DNA of 64,000 nucleotides, taken from Alphaproteobacteria bacterium (GTDB lineage Bacteria > Pseudomonadota > Alphaproteobacteria > MPNO01). The stretch covers positions 1,472,001-1,536,000 of the forward strand of contig CBDFLJ010000002.1 in the NCBI GenBank assembly GCA_965248835.1, written 5' to 3'. The position numbers and the translations under genes were made by a program. Under the pieces are notes generated by a model, which was not told the DNA's origin, did not search any database, and was given only the letters and a program-made list of their open reading frames with translations. Of the stretch, positions 30,241 to 40,282 are shown one piece after another (positions within the stretch are counted from its first letter, which is position 1; every line of letters begins with the position of its first letter).

Positions 30241-31232
30241 GGGTCTCGGCCAAAACCGCGGAGATCGCGGCCTTTCTCGTTGCGGCGCTGGTGCTGGTTT
30301 TCGGGGTGCCGGCGGTCATCGGACTTTCGGCGCTGGTCGATCTGACGCTGTTCATCGCGATGGCGATCCTCGCCCTCAGCCTGGCGCTGGTCTGGGGCTG
30401 CGGCGGCATCCTGTGCTTCGGCCAGTCCGCCTTCTTCGGCCTGGGCGCTTACAGCTATGCGGTCGCGGCGATCAATATCGGCGACAGCACGTTCCCGATC
30501 CTGATCGCCATCGTGGTGCCGATGCTGCTCGCCGCGGTGCTGGGCTATTTCATATTCTGGGGCCGGGTGAGCGACGTCTACCTTGCGGTGATCACACTCG
30601 CGGTCTCGCTGGTCTTCTACTACCTCATCGGCGCCTCGGCGGGCGGCGACTACCGCATCGGCAAGGCGCTCCTGGGCGGCTATAACGGGATGCCCGGAGT
30701 CCCCTCGCTCAACGTGCCCGGCGACCCCGCCGCACTGATCGAGTTCGACAGCCTCTACGCCCCGGCGGCGGTGCTTCTGGTCCTGGTCTATGCCGGGCTG
30801 AGGCTGCTGCTGGCGAGCGACTTCGGCCGGGTGGTCATCTCGATCCGCGAAAACGAGATGCGCGCCGAGCTCCTGGGCTACGATGCCCGCCGCCACAAGC
30901 TGGTCGTGCTCATGATCGGCGCGGGCATCGCCGGTCTGGCCGGCGTGCTGTTCGCCGCCACCCAGAACTATGTCAGCCCGCCGGTCTTCGGGCTGTTCTT
31001 CACCGCCCAGATCATCATGTGGCTCCTGGTCGGCGGGCTCGGCTCGCTGCTCGGCGCAGTGATCGGCTGCGTCTTGATCCAATACCTGACCTCCTGGCTC
31101 GGCGAGACCAAATACGCCGACGTCAATATCGTGCTCGGAGTCATCTTCGTCGCCATCGTCCTGTTCGTCCCGCGCGGCATCGTGCCGATGATCGGCACCC
31201 TCGCAGAGCGGCTCGGAGCACGGCCGCGATGA
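30237..31232 (+). CDS. ABC permease (UrtC/LivM-like)
   Basis: LVWGCGGILCFGQSAFFGLG and IRENEMRAELLGY motifs. Confidence 0.87.
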   Translation: MRVSAKTAEIAAFLVAALVLVFGVPAVIGLSALVDLTLFIAMAILALSLALVWGCGGILCFGQSAFFGLGAYSYAVAAINIGDSTFPILIAIVVPMLLAAVLGYFIFWGRVSDVYLAVITLAVSLVFYYLIGASAGGDYRIGKALLGGYNGMPGVPSLNVPGDPAALIEFDSLYAPAAVLLVLVYAGLRLLLASDFGRVVISIRENEMRAELLGYDARRHKLVVLMIGAGIAGLAGVLFAATQNYVSPPVFGLFFTAQIIMWLLVGGLGSLLGAVIGCVLIQYLTSWLGETKYADVNIVLGVIFVAIVLFVPRGIVPMIGTLAERLGARPR

Positions 31233-31972
31233 GCGCGCCGCTGCTGCAGACCGATTCGCTGACCATGCGCTTCGGCGGGGTGACCGCGGTCGAAGATGCG
31301 AATTTCTCGCTCGATGCCGGCGAGCTGCGCTGTCTGATCGGACCCAACGGCGCCGGCAAGTCGACGTTCTTCAAGTGCCTGATCGGCCAGCTCCGCCCGA
31401 CCGCCGGGAGCATCGTCTTCGATGGTGCGGACATCGTCGGCGCCGAGCCGCACCAGATCGCCCGACGCGGGATCGCGATCAAGACCCAGGTGCCGAGCCT
31501 GTTCGACGGGTTGAGCGTCGCCGAGAACCTGCGTCTGGCCGCGGGCCGCAAGCGCGACCGCGCCGCGACCCGGGAGGCGGTCGCGCGGATCACCGCCCAG
31601 GTGGGGCTCGAGGACCAGTCCGCACAGCAGGCGGGGCAGCTTCCGCACGGCCAGCGCCAGTGGCTCGAGCTCGGAGTCGTGCTCGCCTGCGACCCGCGGC
31701 TGATGCTGCTGGATGAGCCGACCGCGGGAATGACCCATGCCGAGGTCGCGCGCACCGCGGAAATCATCCGCGAGATCGCCCGCGACCGCGCGCTGATCGT
31801 CGTCGAGCACGACATGCAATTCATCCAGATGATCGCCGGCAAAGTGACGGTCTTCCACCAGGGCCGGATCCTGGCCGAGGATACGATGGCCAACATCATG
31901 GCCGATCCACGCGTGCGAGACGTCTATCTCGGCAAGCAGGCCGCGCCGGCCGGCGCGGCGGGACCGGCATGA
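31229..31972 (+). CDS. ABC ATP-binding protein (UrtD/LivG-like)
   Basis: GPNGAGKST, HGQRQWLE, LLDEP and VRDVYLG motifs. Confidence 0.9.
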   Translation: MSAPLLQTDSLTMRFGGVTAVEDANFSLDAGELRCLIGPNGAGKSTFFKCLIGQLRPTAGSIVFDGADIVGAEPHQIARRGIAIKTQVPSLFDGLSVAENLRLAAGRKRDRAATREAVARITAQVGLEDQSAQQAGQLPHGQRQWLELGVVLACDPRLMLLDEPTAGMTHAEVARTAEIIREIARDRALIVVEHDMQFIQMIAGKVTVFHQGRILAEDTMANIMADPRVRDVYLGKQAAPAGAAGPA

Positions 31973-32685
31973 TGCTGGCGGTCAAGGATTTGCGCGCCAG
32001 CTACGGCAGGATCCCGATCCTGGTCGGCATCGACCTCGAGATCGCCGGCGGCGAGGTGGTCGGCATCCTCGGCCATAACGGCATGGGCAAGACCACGCTG
32101 ATGAAGACCCTGATCGGCCAGGTGCCTGCGACCGGCGGCACGATCGTCTTCGACGGCAAGGACATCACGCGCGAGCGGGCGCACCGCCGGGTCCGGCGCG
32201 GACTCGGCTACGTCCCGCAGGGGCGCGAGATCTTTCCCCGTCTGACGGTGCGCGAGAACCTGCGCATGGCCGCGGTTGCGGCCAGCGGCAAGGACGAGAG
32301 CGCGCTCGATGAGGTTCTGGCCGATTTCCCGCGCCTTGTGCCTCTGCTCGATCGCGAGGGCGGCGCGCTCAGCGGCGGCGAGCAACAGATCCTCGCCATC
32401 GCGCGCTGCCTGTGCACCCGTCCACGGTTGATGCTGCTGGATGAGCCGACGGAAGGGATCCAGCCCTCGATCATCGAGCAGATCGCCGACAACCTGGCCG
32501 CGCTGCAGCGCTCGCGCGGCCTGACGATGGTGCTGGTCGAGCAGAACCTCGACTTCGTCGCCGCACTTTCGAGCCGGGTTCTGCTGATCCAGAAGGGCGC
32601 CATCATCCGCTCGTTGGCGCCGGAGAACCTGCACGATGCCGAGATTGTCGAGGAGTTCGTCGGCATCGGGGCAACAGGCGGCTGA
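31969..32685 (+). CDS. ABC ATP-binding protein (UrtE/LivF-like)
   Basis: GHNGMGKTT, VPQGREIFP and DEPTEGIQPSII motifs. Confidence 0.9.
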   Translation: MMLAVKDLRASYGRIPILVGIDLEIAGGEVVGILGHNGMGKTTLMKTLIGQVPATGGTIVFDGKDITRERAHRRVRRGLGYVPQGREIFPRLTVRENLRMAAVAASGKDESALDEVLADFPRLVPLLDREGGALSGGEQQILAIARCLCTRPRLMLLDEPTEGIQPSIIEQIADNLAALQRSRGLTMVLVEQNLDFVAALSSRVLLIQKGAIIRSLAPENLHDAEIVEEFVGIGATGG

Positions 32686-32703
32686 TCACGCGGGGAGACA
32701 GGG

Positions 32704-34215
32704 ATGTTCCAGACACCGACCATCGATCAACTTCGCGCGTGCGCGTCCGATCTCGGCATGCACCCTTCGGAGGACTATCTCGAGGCGGTGCAGCGGATCG
32801 TCGGGCCGCTGGTCGATGCCTATCGCCAACTCGAGACGGTGCCCGACGACCTGCCCGAAGTGAAATATCCCAGGACCCCGGGCTACCGGCCGGACGCGGC
32901 CGAGAACCCGCACGGCGCCTGGTACTTCAAGACAACGATCAAGGGCGCCAGGCGCGGCAAGCTCGCCGGCAAGCGGGTCGGCATCAAGGACAATATCTGC
33001 GTCGCCGGCGTGCCGATGATGAACGGCGCCTCGGTGATGGAGGGCTATGTGCCCGACGTCGATGCGACGGTGGTCACCCGCATCCTCGATGCCGGCGGCG
33101 AGATCGCCGGCAAGGCGGTGTGCGAGTATTTCTGCGTCTCGGGTACCAGCTCGACCAGCGCCAGCGGCCCGGTCCACAACCCGCGCAAGCACGGCTATTC
33201 GGCCGGCGGCTCTTCGTCGGGCAGCGCCGCGGTGGTCGCCGCCGGCGACGTGCCGATGTCGCTCGGCTGCGACCAGGCGGGTTCGATCCGCATCCCGTCA
33301 AGCTATTGCGGGATCTACGGCATGAAACCGACTTTCGGGCTGGTCCCCTATACCGGCGCGGCGTCGCTGGAAACCACGATCGACCACTGCGGCCCGATGA
33401 CCGCCACCGTCGCGGACAACGCGCTGCTCCTTGAAGTTCTCGCCGGTCCCGACGATTACGACTCCCGGCAATCCGGCGTTAAAGCCGCGCGCTACACCGA
33501 GGCTCTGGACGACGGCATCGCCGGCTTGCGGATCGGCGTGGTCGGCGAGTCCTTCGGGCTCCAGGAATCCGAGCCCGATGTCGATGCCAAGGTGCGTCAG
33601 GCGGCCGACCGGCTGGCCGGGCTCGGCGCCGAGGTCAGCGAGATTTCGGTGCCGATGCACAAGATGACCCGTGCGCTATGGATCCCGATCGGCCATGACG
33701 GCGGGTTCATCACCATGATGACCATGAACGGCGGCGGCTCGAACCACGAGGGGCTCTACGTCACCTCCATGCTCGACCGCGCATCCGGCTGGCCGGCGCG
33801 GTCGGACGAGTTCGCCGACACCATCAAGATCATCGCGCTGTTCGGCCATTACTCGCTCAAGACCTATCGCGGCCACTACTATGCCAAGGCGATGAACCTG
33901 CGCCGCCGGCTGCGCGCGGCCTACGACGACGCCCTCGCCGAATACGACCTGCTGCTGATGCCGACCCTGCCGATGAAGGCCTCCAAGCTGCCGCCAAGGA
34001 ACCCGAGCCCGGAGGAGACCACCAAGGTCGCCTGGGAGATGCTCGCCAACACCTGCGGCTTCAATCTCACCGGCCATCCATCGATGTCGCTGCCCTGCGG
34101 CATGGAGGACGGCCGCCCGATCGGGTTGATGCTGACCGGCCGGCACTGGGAGGAGTCCACGATCTACCGCGCAGCGCACGCCTTCGAGCAGTCGGGCGAT
34201 TGGACGGGTTTTTGA
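32704..34215 (+). CDS. Amidase-signature amidase
   Basis: IKDN, AGGSSSGS and DQAGSIRIP motifs. Confidence 0.92.
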   Translation: MFQTPTIDQLRACASDLGMHPSEDYLEAVQRIVGPLVDAYRQLETVPDDLPEVKYPRTPGYRPDAAENPHGAWYFKTTIKGARRGKLAGKRVGIKDNICVAGVPMMNGASVMEGYVPDVDATVVTRILDAGGEIAGKAVCEYFCVSGTSSTSASGPVHNPRKHGYSAGGSSSGSAAVVAAGDVPMSLGCDQAGSIRIPSSYCGIYGMKPTFGLVPYTGAASLETTIDHCGPMTATVADNALLLEVLAGPDDYDSRQSGVKAARYTEALDDGIAGLRIGVVGESFGLQESEPDVDAKVRQAADRLAGLGAEVSEISVPMHKMTRALWIPIGHDGGFITMMTMNGGGSNHEGLYVTSMLDRASGWPARSDEFADTIKIIALFGHYSLKTYRGHYYAKAMNLRRRLRAAYDDALAEYDLLLMPTLPMKASKLPPRNPSPEETTKVAWEMLANTCGFNLTGHPSMSLPCGMEDGRPIGLMLTGRHWEESTIYRAAHAFEQSGDWTGF

Positions 34216-34294
34216 ATGCCGACGGCCGGACGATCGCGATCCCGGCAGTCCGTCGGAAGACGGGATTTCGCCGTCGACGCCGCTGCGGAGCCGA

Positions 34295-34600
34295 TCACAT
34301 GGCGTGAACCGGTGCGAAGAGGCAGCGGATCACACCTTGCATGTTGACGCACACCCAGAATGCTCCGTCCGGCGAGGGGATCGCCTGTTGGACGGGGATC
34401 ACCGGCCGGCCTTGGACCGAATACCCGCCGGGAACCGCGTGCACCGCGCCCGCCGGCAGGCGCCAGCAATCCTGAGGCCCGCAGCACGACACGCCTGCGG
34501 CGTTTCGGTAGCCGCCTCGCTCGATCCACCACGCATCGCCGTGGGCGAGCGCGGCGCCCGTCATCGCCGCCCAGAACGCCGCGGAGATCAAAGCGCGCAA
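34295..34600 (-). CDS. Small secreted Cys-rich hypothetical protein
   Basis: GGAGGG RBS then TTG; signal-like MRALISAAFWAAMTGAALA-H; SCCGPQDC, SPDG.FWVC and IRCLF. Confidence 0.65.
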   Translation of the reverse strand: MRALISAAFWAAMTGAALAHGDAWWIERGGYRNAAGVSCCGPQDCWRLPAGAVHAVPGGYSVQGRPVIPVQQAIPSPDGAFWVCVNMQGVIRCLFAPVHAM

Positions 34601-34749
34601 GCTGGTCCCTCCACGCGATCGGACATGACGGAAGATCGACTCCAACAATTGCCGTAAATCAAGAAGATTTGACGTCCTTCGCCCGAGACTGGGATAATCG
34701 TACCTTGTCGCGCCCGGCGGCCCAACGAATCCGCGGAGGACAAGACCTC

Positions 34750-35817
34750 ATGTTCCTCAAGAACCACTGGTACGTCGCGGCCGAGCCCCACGAAGTCACC
34801 CACGATCCGTTCGCACGGACGATCTGCAACGAGCCGGTGGTGTTCTGGCGCGCCGAAGACGGCCGACCCGTGGCGTTCGAGGACCGCTGCTGCCACCGCC
34901 GGATGCCGCTGCGCAAGGGCACCGTGGCCGGCGACCGGCTGCGCTGCCACTACCATGGGCTGGAGTTCGACCGTTCGGGCGCCTGCGTGCATGTGCCCGG
35001 CCAGAGGACCATCCCGCCCGATGCGCGGGTCAGGGCCTATCCGGTGGTCGAAAAATACAAGTGGATCTGGATCTGGCTCGGTGATCCGGCCGAAGCCGAC
35101 GAAGCGGACATCATCCCCTTCCCGTGGCGCGAGAGCGAGGACTGGGGCGACAAGGGGACGTATTTCCACGTCAACGCCGACTACCGGCTCCTGATCGACA
35201 ATTTGCTCGACCAATCGCACCTGGCCTTCGTCCATGCCTCGACCATCGGCACCCAGGCAATCGCCGAGAAGGCCAATATCCGCTTCCTCAGGACCGAGGA
35301 GGCGGTGACGGTGGTGCGCTGGATGGTCGGCAACCCGGCGCCGCCTACCTACCGGATGATCATGGGCTGGAAGCCGGACAAGATCGTCGACCGCTGGGCG
35401 ATCAACGAGTTCCGCCCGCCCTGCGCGGTGCGTCTGCTGGTCGGCGCCGCGCCGGACGCGGCCGGGGGCAAGGATTTCGGGTTCTCCGATCTCGAGCATC
35501 CCGAACCCGAGGGCGGGTTCGCCTTCCGCAACCTCAACTTCATCACCCCGGAGACCGAAACGAGCTGCCACTATTTCTGGTCGAACGCCTGCAACGTCAA
35601 GCCGATCACCGAAGAGCGGACGGACCTCCAGTTCAAGCAGGTGCTCCAGGCGTTTCACCAGGACTGGGAGGTCCTGGAAATGCAGCAACAGAACTGGGAC
35701 GACCGGCCGGTGATCAACACCAACGCCGATACCGGATGGATCGCCGCGCGGCAGATGATCGAGGACAGGCTGGCCGAGGAAGCGCGCGGCCGTGCCGCCG
35801 CCGAAGCCGCCGAATGA
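34750..35817 (+). CDS. Rieske non-heme iron oxygenase alpha subunit (VanA-like)
   Basis: RCCHR, RCHYHG and DNLLDQSHLAFVH motifs. Confidence 0.92.
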   Translation: MFLKNHWYVAAEPHEVTHDPFARTICNEPVVFWRAEDGRPVAFEDRCCHRRMPLRKGTVAGDRLRCHYHGLEFDRSGACVHVPGQRTIPPDARVRAYPVVEKYKWIWIWLGDPAEADEADIIPFPWRESEDWGDKGTYFHVNADYRLLIDNLLDQSHLAFVHASTIGTQAIAEKANIRFLRTEEAVTVVRWMVGNPAPPTYRMIMGWKPDKIVDRWAINEFRPPCAVRLLVGAAPDAAGGKDFGFSDLEHPEPEGGFAFRNLNFITPETETSCHYFWSNACNVKPITEERTDLQFKQVLQAFHQDWEVLEMQQQNWDDRPVINTNADTGWIAARQMIEDRLAEEARGRAAAEAAE

Positions 35818-35845
35818 TCGACAATCGAACCTTGGGAGAAGCGCA

Positions 35846-36241
35846 ATGCCGAAACGGATCGAAGTGAACCCCAAATGGCCGTGGGCCGAGAAGTTCCCGT
35901 TCAACCTCGGGATCAAGGTCGGCGAGACGGTCTATGTCTCGGGCACGGTGGCGTGGGATCCGGACGGCAATATCGTCGGGCCGGACGACATGCTGGCCCA
36001 GTCGCGCCAGGCCTTTGCGAACATGGCCGAGATCCTGGCCGAGGCCGGTGCGAGCATGGATGACGTGGTCAAGATCACCGCGTTCCTGACCGACATCGAC
36101 CGCTATGCCGAGTATTCGAAGGCGCGCTCGGAGGCGTTCACCAACAACATGCCGGCGAGCACCGCGGTCACCTCGCCCAAGCTGCTGCAAGACGGCCTGC
36201 TGGTGGAGATCGAGGCGGTCGCCGAGATCGGCAGCGGCTGA
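35846..36241 (+). CDS. Rid-family protein lacking the catalytic Arg
   Basis: VYVSG, KITAFLTD, MPASTAV and LVEIEA motifs. Confidence 0.87.
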   Translation: MPKRIEVNPKWPWAEKFPFNLGIKVGETVYVSGTVAWDPDGNIVGPDDMLAQSRQAFANMAEILAEAGASMDDVVKITAFLTDIDRYAEYSKARSEAFTNNMPASTAVTSPKLLQDGLLVEIEAVAEIGSG

Positions 36242-36284
36242 GCCGGCGGCGAAGAACGACCGGCGCGAACCACCGGAGGCGGGC

Positions 36285-37691
36285 ATGCCCCATACATTGA
36301 GGTCTTTCCTCGAGTCGATCGACAACCGGATGCTGCATATCCACGATCCCATCAGCCCGGAAAGCCAGGTCGGCTACCTGTGCTCGGAGAGCCGGGGACC
36401 GCTGATGTTCCACAACCTGACCGGCTATCCCGGCTGGCGGCTGACCGACATCCTGATCAAGGACCGCGCCGGCCAGGCTGCGGTGCTGGGCGTTGGCGAC
36501 ATCGCCGAAGTCTGTCCCCATCTGGCCAGGCGCATGGCCGCCGGGCCCGGCAGGTCCGTGATGGTGGACGACGGCCCGGTCAAGGAAATCAAGATGCTGG
36601 GGGCGGACGTCGACCTCCACAAGCTGCCCATCCCGCAGCATTCCGTGGGCGACGGCGGGCGCTACCTGGGATCGGGCATCACTATCACGAAAGACCCCGA
36701 AACCGGCATCCGCAACGAGGCGATCCTCCGCACAATGCTAACGGAGGATCCCAGGAAATGCACCTTCCTCATGTCGGCGCGGCACAACTACGCCCATTAT
36801 CTCAAATACATCGCCAAGGACGAGCCGATGCCGATGGCCTTCGCCATCGGGCTCCACCCGGTCTACGAGATCATGGCCAACTGGTCGGGCCGGCACGAGG
36901 ACTTTGACGAGCTCGAATACGGCGCCGGCATCCTCGGCGAGGACATCGAGATGGTCCGCTGCGAGACCATCGATCTCGAGGTCCCGGCCCATGCCGAGCT
37001 GGTGATCGAGGGCATGGTCCACCCCCATGACCGCATCCCGGAAGGCCCGTTCGGCGAGTTCACCACCTTCGGCTCGGGCGCCGAGGGGCCGGCGCCGGTC
37101 CTCCAGATCACCGGGGTGACACACCGCAAGGACCCGATCTTCCGCCACATGCAGGCCACCTGGTTCACCGATCACCAGCCGCTGATCACCCTGCCGATGG
37201 AGGCGACCTACTACAACCGGCTGCGCGACACCCACGGCAACACCAACATCAAGGACGTCTTCGTGCCGCCCTGGGCGTCCCAGTTCATGATGATCATCCA
37301 GATGGAGGCGAAGTGGGACGGCCAGGCGCGCGATGTCCTGATGTCGGCGCTCACCGGACCCAACCTCCACGTCAAGGTCGCGGTCGCGGTCGATGAGGAC
37401 GTCGACATCTACAACGCCGAGGACGTGCTGTGGGCGATCGCGTGCCGCACCAACCCGGCCGACCAGGTCCACATCATGCCGGGCTCCCGGCTGCACCCGC
37501 TCGACATCTCGATCCCCGAGATCGGCGACGACTACACCGTGATGCGGATCGGCGGGAAGATGGCCATCGACGCCACCAAGCCGCCGACCTGGCGGGCGGA
37601 CGAACGCCGCAAGTTCGCCCGCGTCGACCCGATGGGCAAGAACGACCCGGCTATCGAGAACATACTCCAACAGGTCCGCGCGGCGCGTTAG
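36285..37691 (+). CDS. UbiD-family prFMN (de)carboxylase
   Basis: DGGRY, VPAHAELVIEG, EGPFGEF, VDEDVDI and IDATKP motifs. Confidence 0.9.
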   Translation: MPHTLRSFLESIDNRMLHIHDPISPESQVGYLCSESRGPLMFHNLTGYPGWRLTDILIKDRAGQAAVLGVGDIAEVCPHLARRMAAGPGRSVMVDDGPVKEIKMLGADVDLHKLPIPQHSVGDGGRYLGSGITITKDPETGIRNEAILRTMLTEDPRKCTFLMSARHNYAHYLKYIAKDEPMPMAFAIGLHPVYEIMANWSGRHEDFDELEYGAGILGEDIEMVRCETIDLEVPAHAELVIEGMVHPHDRIPEGPFGEFTTFGSGAEGPAPVLQITGVTHRKDPIFRHMQATWFTDHQPLITLPMEATYYNRLRDTHGNTNIKDVFVPPWASQFMMIIQMEAKWDGQARDVLMSALTGPNLHVKVAVAVDEDVDIYNAEDVLWAIACRTNPADQVHIMPGSRLHPLDISIPEIGDDYTVMRIGGKMAIDATKPPTWRADERRKFARVDPMGKNDPAIENILQQVRAAR

Positions 37692-37741
37692 GCTCGGGAA
37701 TTGACGGCCCGCGTGGGGGGAACAACTCCGGCTTGCAGCCC

Positions 37742-38890
37742 TCAGGATGCCGGCAGGGTCAGAGGCTGCCGCATCGCGTCGTACTCGAAGACCCAGGTCG
37801 GGTCCATCGGGTCGCGCAGCCACTTGTTCTCCCGCGAGCCCTGCTGGACGCGCGAGGCGCGGTCCCTGCGGCTGTCCTCGTAGAGCTTGAAGGCCGCCGC
37901 GTGGTCCGCGCCCGCAAGCGCGATCGCGCGGACCAGGACGGCAGCGTCCTCGATCGCGATCGCCGCACCTTGGCCCATATGCGGCTTCATCGGATGGCAG
38001 GCATCGCCAATCAGGACGATCCGGCCGCGGCTCCACAAGGGAAGCGGGTCCCGCTCGAACAGCGGCCACTTGGTCGCCCCGGGGCAGATGTCGATCAGGT
38101 GCTGGACCTCGGGATGAAAGCCCTCGAAGGCCGCGCGCAACGCGTCCATGTCCGCATCGACATAGGACAGACCGTAATCCCAATCGGGCTCCGGCATGCC
38201 GGTGACGAAATAGATCTCCTCGTGATGGCGGTCGAGGTAATAGACCACGATATGGGTGTCCTCGTGCGCATCCTCGGTCCACCACTTGGTGAGATCGGCG
38301 GGACGGACATCTCCCAGGAGCTTGGCCGGGATGATCGAGCGGTGGGCGACATAGCCCGAATAGATCGGAAGCTCAGGCCCCAGAAGGACCTCGCGCGCCA
38401 TCGAGTTGATGCCGTCGGCGCCGATCACGATGTCGGCCGCGGCGGTGCTTCCGTCCTCGAAGGCGAGCCGGACGGTGGATGCGTCCTGGTCGAGCCCGAC
38501 CAGCTTCTTGCCGAACACGACGATGTCGGAGGTGACCGCGCTCAGCAGGATCTCGTGAAAGTCGCCGCGGTGAATCAACAGATACGGCGCGCCGAACTGG
38601 GCCTCGGCAGCATCGCGCATGTCGTAGCGGAACATCACCGCCCCGGTATCCCATTTCCGGCTGAGCCAGTATTCGGGCCTGATGCCGATGTCGAGCAAGG
38701 CTTCCTCGATGCCGATCGCACGCAGGACCTTCATGACGTTGGGACCGAGATTGATGCCGGCGCCGAGCCGCGCCACCGCCGGCGCCTGCTCATAGATCCG
38801 CACGTCATAGCCGCGCTGCTGGAGAAGCGCGCCGGCGACCAGCCCGCCCAGCCCGGCGCCCACGACCGCTATCCGCAAATCCTTGCCCAT
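37742..38890 (-). CDS. FAD-dependent monooxygenase, 6-hydroxynicotinate 3-monooxygenase (NicC)-like
   Basis: GAGLGG, RLGAGINLGPNVMK, HRGDFH and PLPLWSRGRIVLIGDACHPMKPHMGQGA motifs. Confidence 0.85.
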   Translation of the reverse strand: MGKDLRIAVVGAGLGGLVAGALLQQRGYDVRIYEQAPAVARLGAGINLGPNVMKVLRAIGIEEALLDIGIRPEYWLSRKWDTGAVMFRYDMRDAAEAQFGAPYLLIHRGDFHEILLSAVTSDIVVFGKKLVGLDQDASTVRLAFEDGSTAAADIVIGADGINSMAREVLLGPELPIYSGYVAHRSIIPAKLLGDVRPADLTKWWTEDAHEDTHIVVYYLDRHHEEIYFVTGMPEPDWDYGLSYVDADMDALRAAFEGFHPEVQHLIDICPGATKWPLFERDPLPLWSRGRIVLIGDACHPMKPHMGQGAAIAIEDAAVLVRAIALAGADHAAAFKLYEDSRRDRASRVQQGSRENKWLRDPMDPTWVFEYDAMRQPLTLPAS

Positions 38891-39029
38891 CTCCGATCCC
38901 GGAACATGTCCTTGAGCCGTCCGGGCCCATTGTAACCGGGCCGCCGGCATTGGCGAAGCAAGCCGTATCGGCGGCCACCCGATCCGTGCTTAAATCGGCA
39001 TCGATGAATGCGCATTGGAGGGATGATCG

Positions 39030-40175
39030 ATGGGTGAGACAACCGCGTATCTTTCCCCGAACGGTGACAACAAGAGCCGGGGCGACGGGCCGGCGACGCG
39101 GCTGGTGGTGGCGACCGTCGAAGGGGTCGCGACCTTTCGGCGCGAGGCCCAGGACGCGCCGTGGCTCCTGAGCGATCGGTCGCTCGAGGATCGCCATGTC
39201 GGATCGCTGCTGTATGAGCCGGTCTCGGGCCGACTGTTCGCCGGTGCGCATGCCGACGGCGGGCTATGGGTCAGCGAGGACGGCGCGGGCGCCTCGTGGC
39301 GCCGGCTGACCAACGGGCTCGACCGGCCGCACATCTATGGTCTGGCGGGGCGGCGCATCGGCGACCGGGTGAGCCTGTTTGCCGGCACCGAGCCCGCCGC
39401 GCTCTACCGCAGCGAAGATTTCGGCGAGAGCTGGACCGAGGCCAGGAGCCTGCGCGAGGTTCCGGGCACCGAGAAGTGGACTTTTCCGCCGCCGCCGCAC
39501 CTGCCGCATGTCAAGTCGGTGGTCTTCCATCCGACCCGCGCGCAGACGTTCTATGCCCTGGTCGAACAGGGCGCGCTGCTGCAGACCGACGATGACGGGC
39601 AGACCTGGACCGAGCTTGCCGGCTATGCCGAGCCCGACGACATCACCTATCGCGATGTCCATCGGCTGGTGATCAGCGAGAACGACCCGCGCCTGTTCTA
39701 CCTCGCCACCGGCGAGGGGCTGTACCGCAGCGGCGACGGCGGTCAGACCTGGGAGCATCTGATGCCGCGGGCCGGGCGAATCGGCTATCCCGATTTCCTG
39801 TTCTTTGACCCGCGCGACGACGGCACCTTGTTCCTGGGCGGTGCGCGCAACGACCCCGGGAAGTGGTTCAGCGATCCGATGGCCGATTCGATCATCGCGC
39901 GCACCACAGACGGCGGGCGGAACTGGCTCGAACTCGGTCACGGCATGCCCTCGCCCGTGGCGCCGGCCTTCGAGGCGGTGTGCCTGCACCACTGGGACGG
40001 CGGAATGATGCTCGCGGTCGGCACGGCGACCGGCGAGATCTATGTCAGCGAGGACGACGGCGCGTCCTGGACCTGCATCGAGGACAACGCCGCGCCGGTG
40101 TCCAAGGACCACCACCACCTGGCTTGGTACCCGAAGGAAGACCGCGAGCGCGCTTTGGCTGCGCGCCACGCCTGA
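39030..40175 (+). CDS. BNR/Asp-box beta-propeller protein without signal peptide
   Basis: Repeated S/T-x-D-x-G-x-S/T-W boxes (SEDFGESW, TDDDGQTW, SGDGGQTW, SEDDGASW). Confidence 0.82.
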   Translation: MGETTAYLSPNGDNKSRGDGPATRLVVATVEGVATFRREAQDAPWLLSDRSLEDRHVGSLLYEPVSGRLFAGAHADGGLWVSEDGAGASWRRLTNGLDRPHIYGLAGRRIGDRVSLFAGTEPAALYRSEDFGESWTEARSLREVPGTEKWTFPPPPHLPHVKSVVFHPTRAQTFYALVEQGALLQTDDDGQTWTELAGYAEPDDITYRDVHRLVISENDPRLFYLATGEGLYRSGDGGQTWEHLMPRAGRIGYPDFLFFDPRDDGTLFLGGARNDPGKWFSDPMADSIIARTTDGGRNWLELGHGMPSPVAPAFEAVCLHHWDGGMMLAVGTATGEIYVSEDDGASWTCIEDNAAPVSKDHHHLAWYPKEDRERALAARHA

Positions 40176-40245
40176 GTAAGCGGCGGGGCCGGACGCCGTC
40201 CAGCACGTCCGCCCGCGCCGCCAGCAGCGTCTGCGGCCGGCGACA

Positions 40246-40276
40246 GGATTAAATGGCGCCGGAGTCCATTTAATCC
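40246..40276. terminator. 11-bp inverted repeat between convergent genes
   Basis: GGATTAAATGG-N9-CCATTTAATCC. Confidence 0.45.
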
Positions 40277-40282
40277 CGCCGG

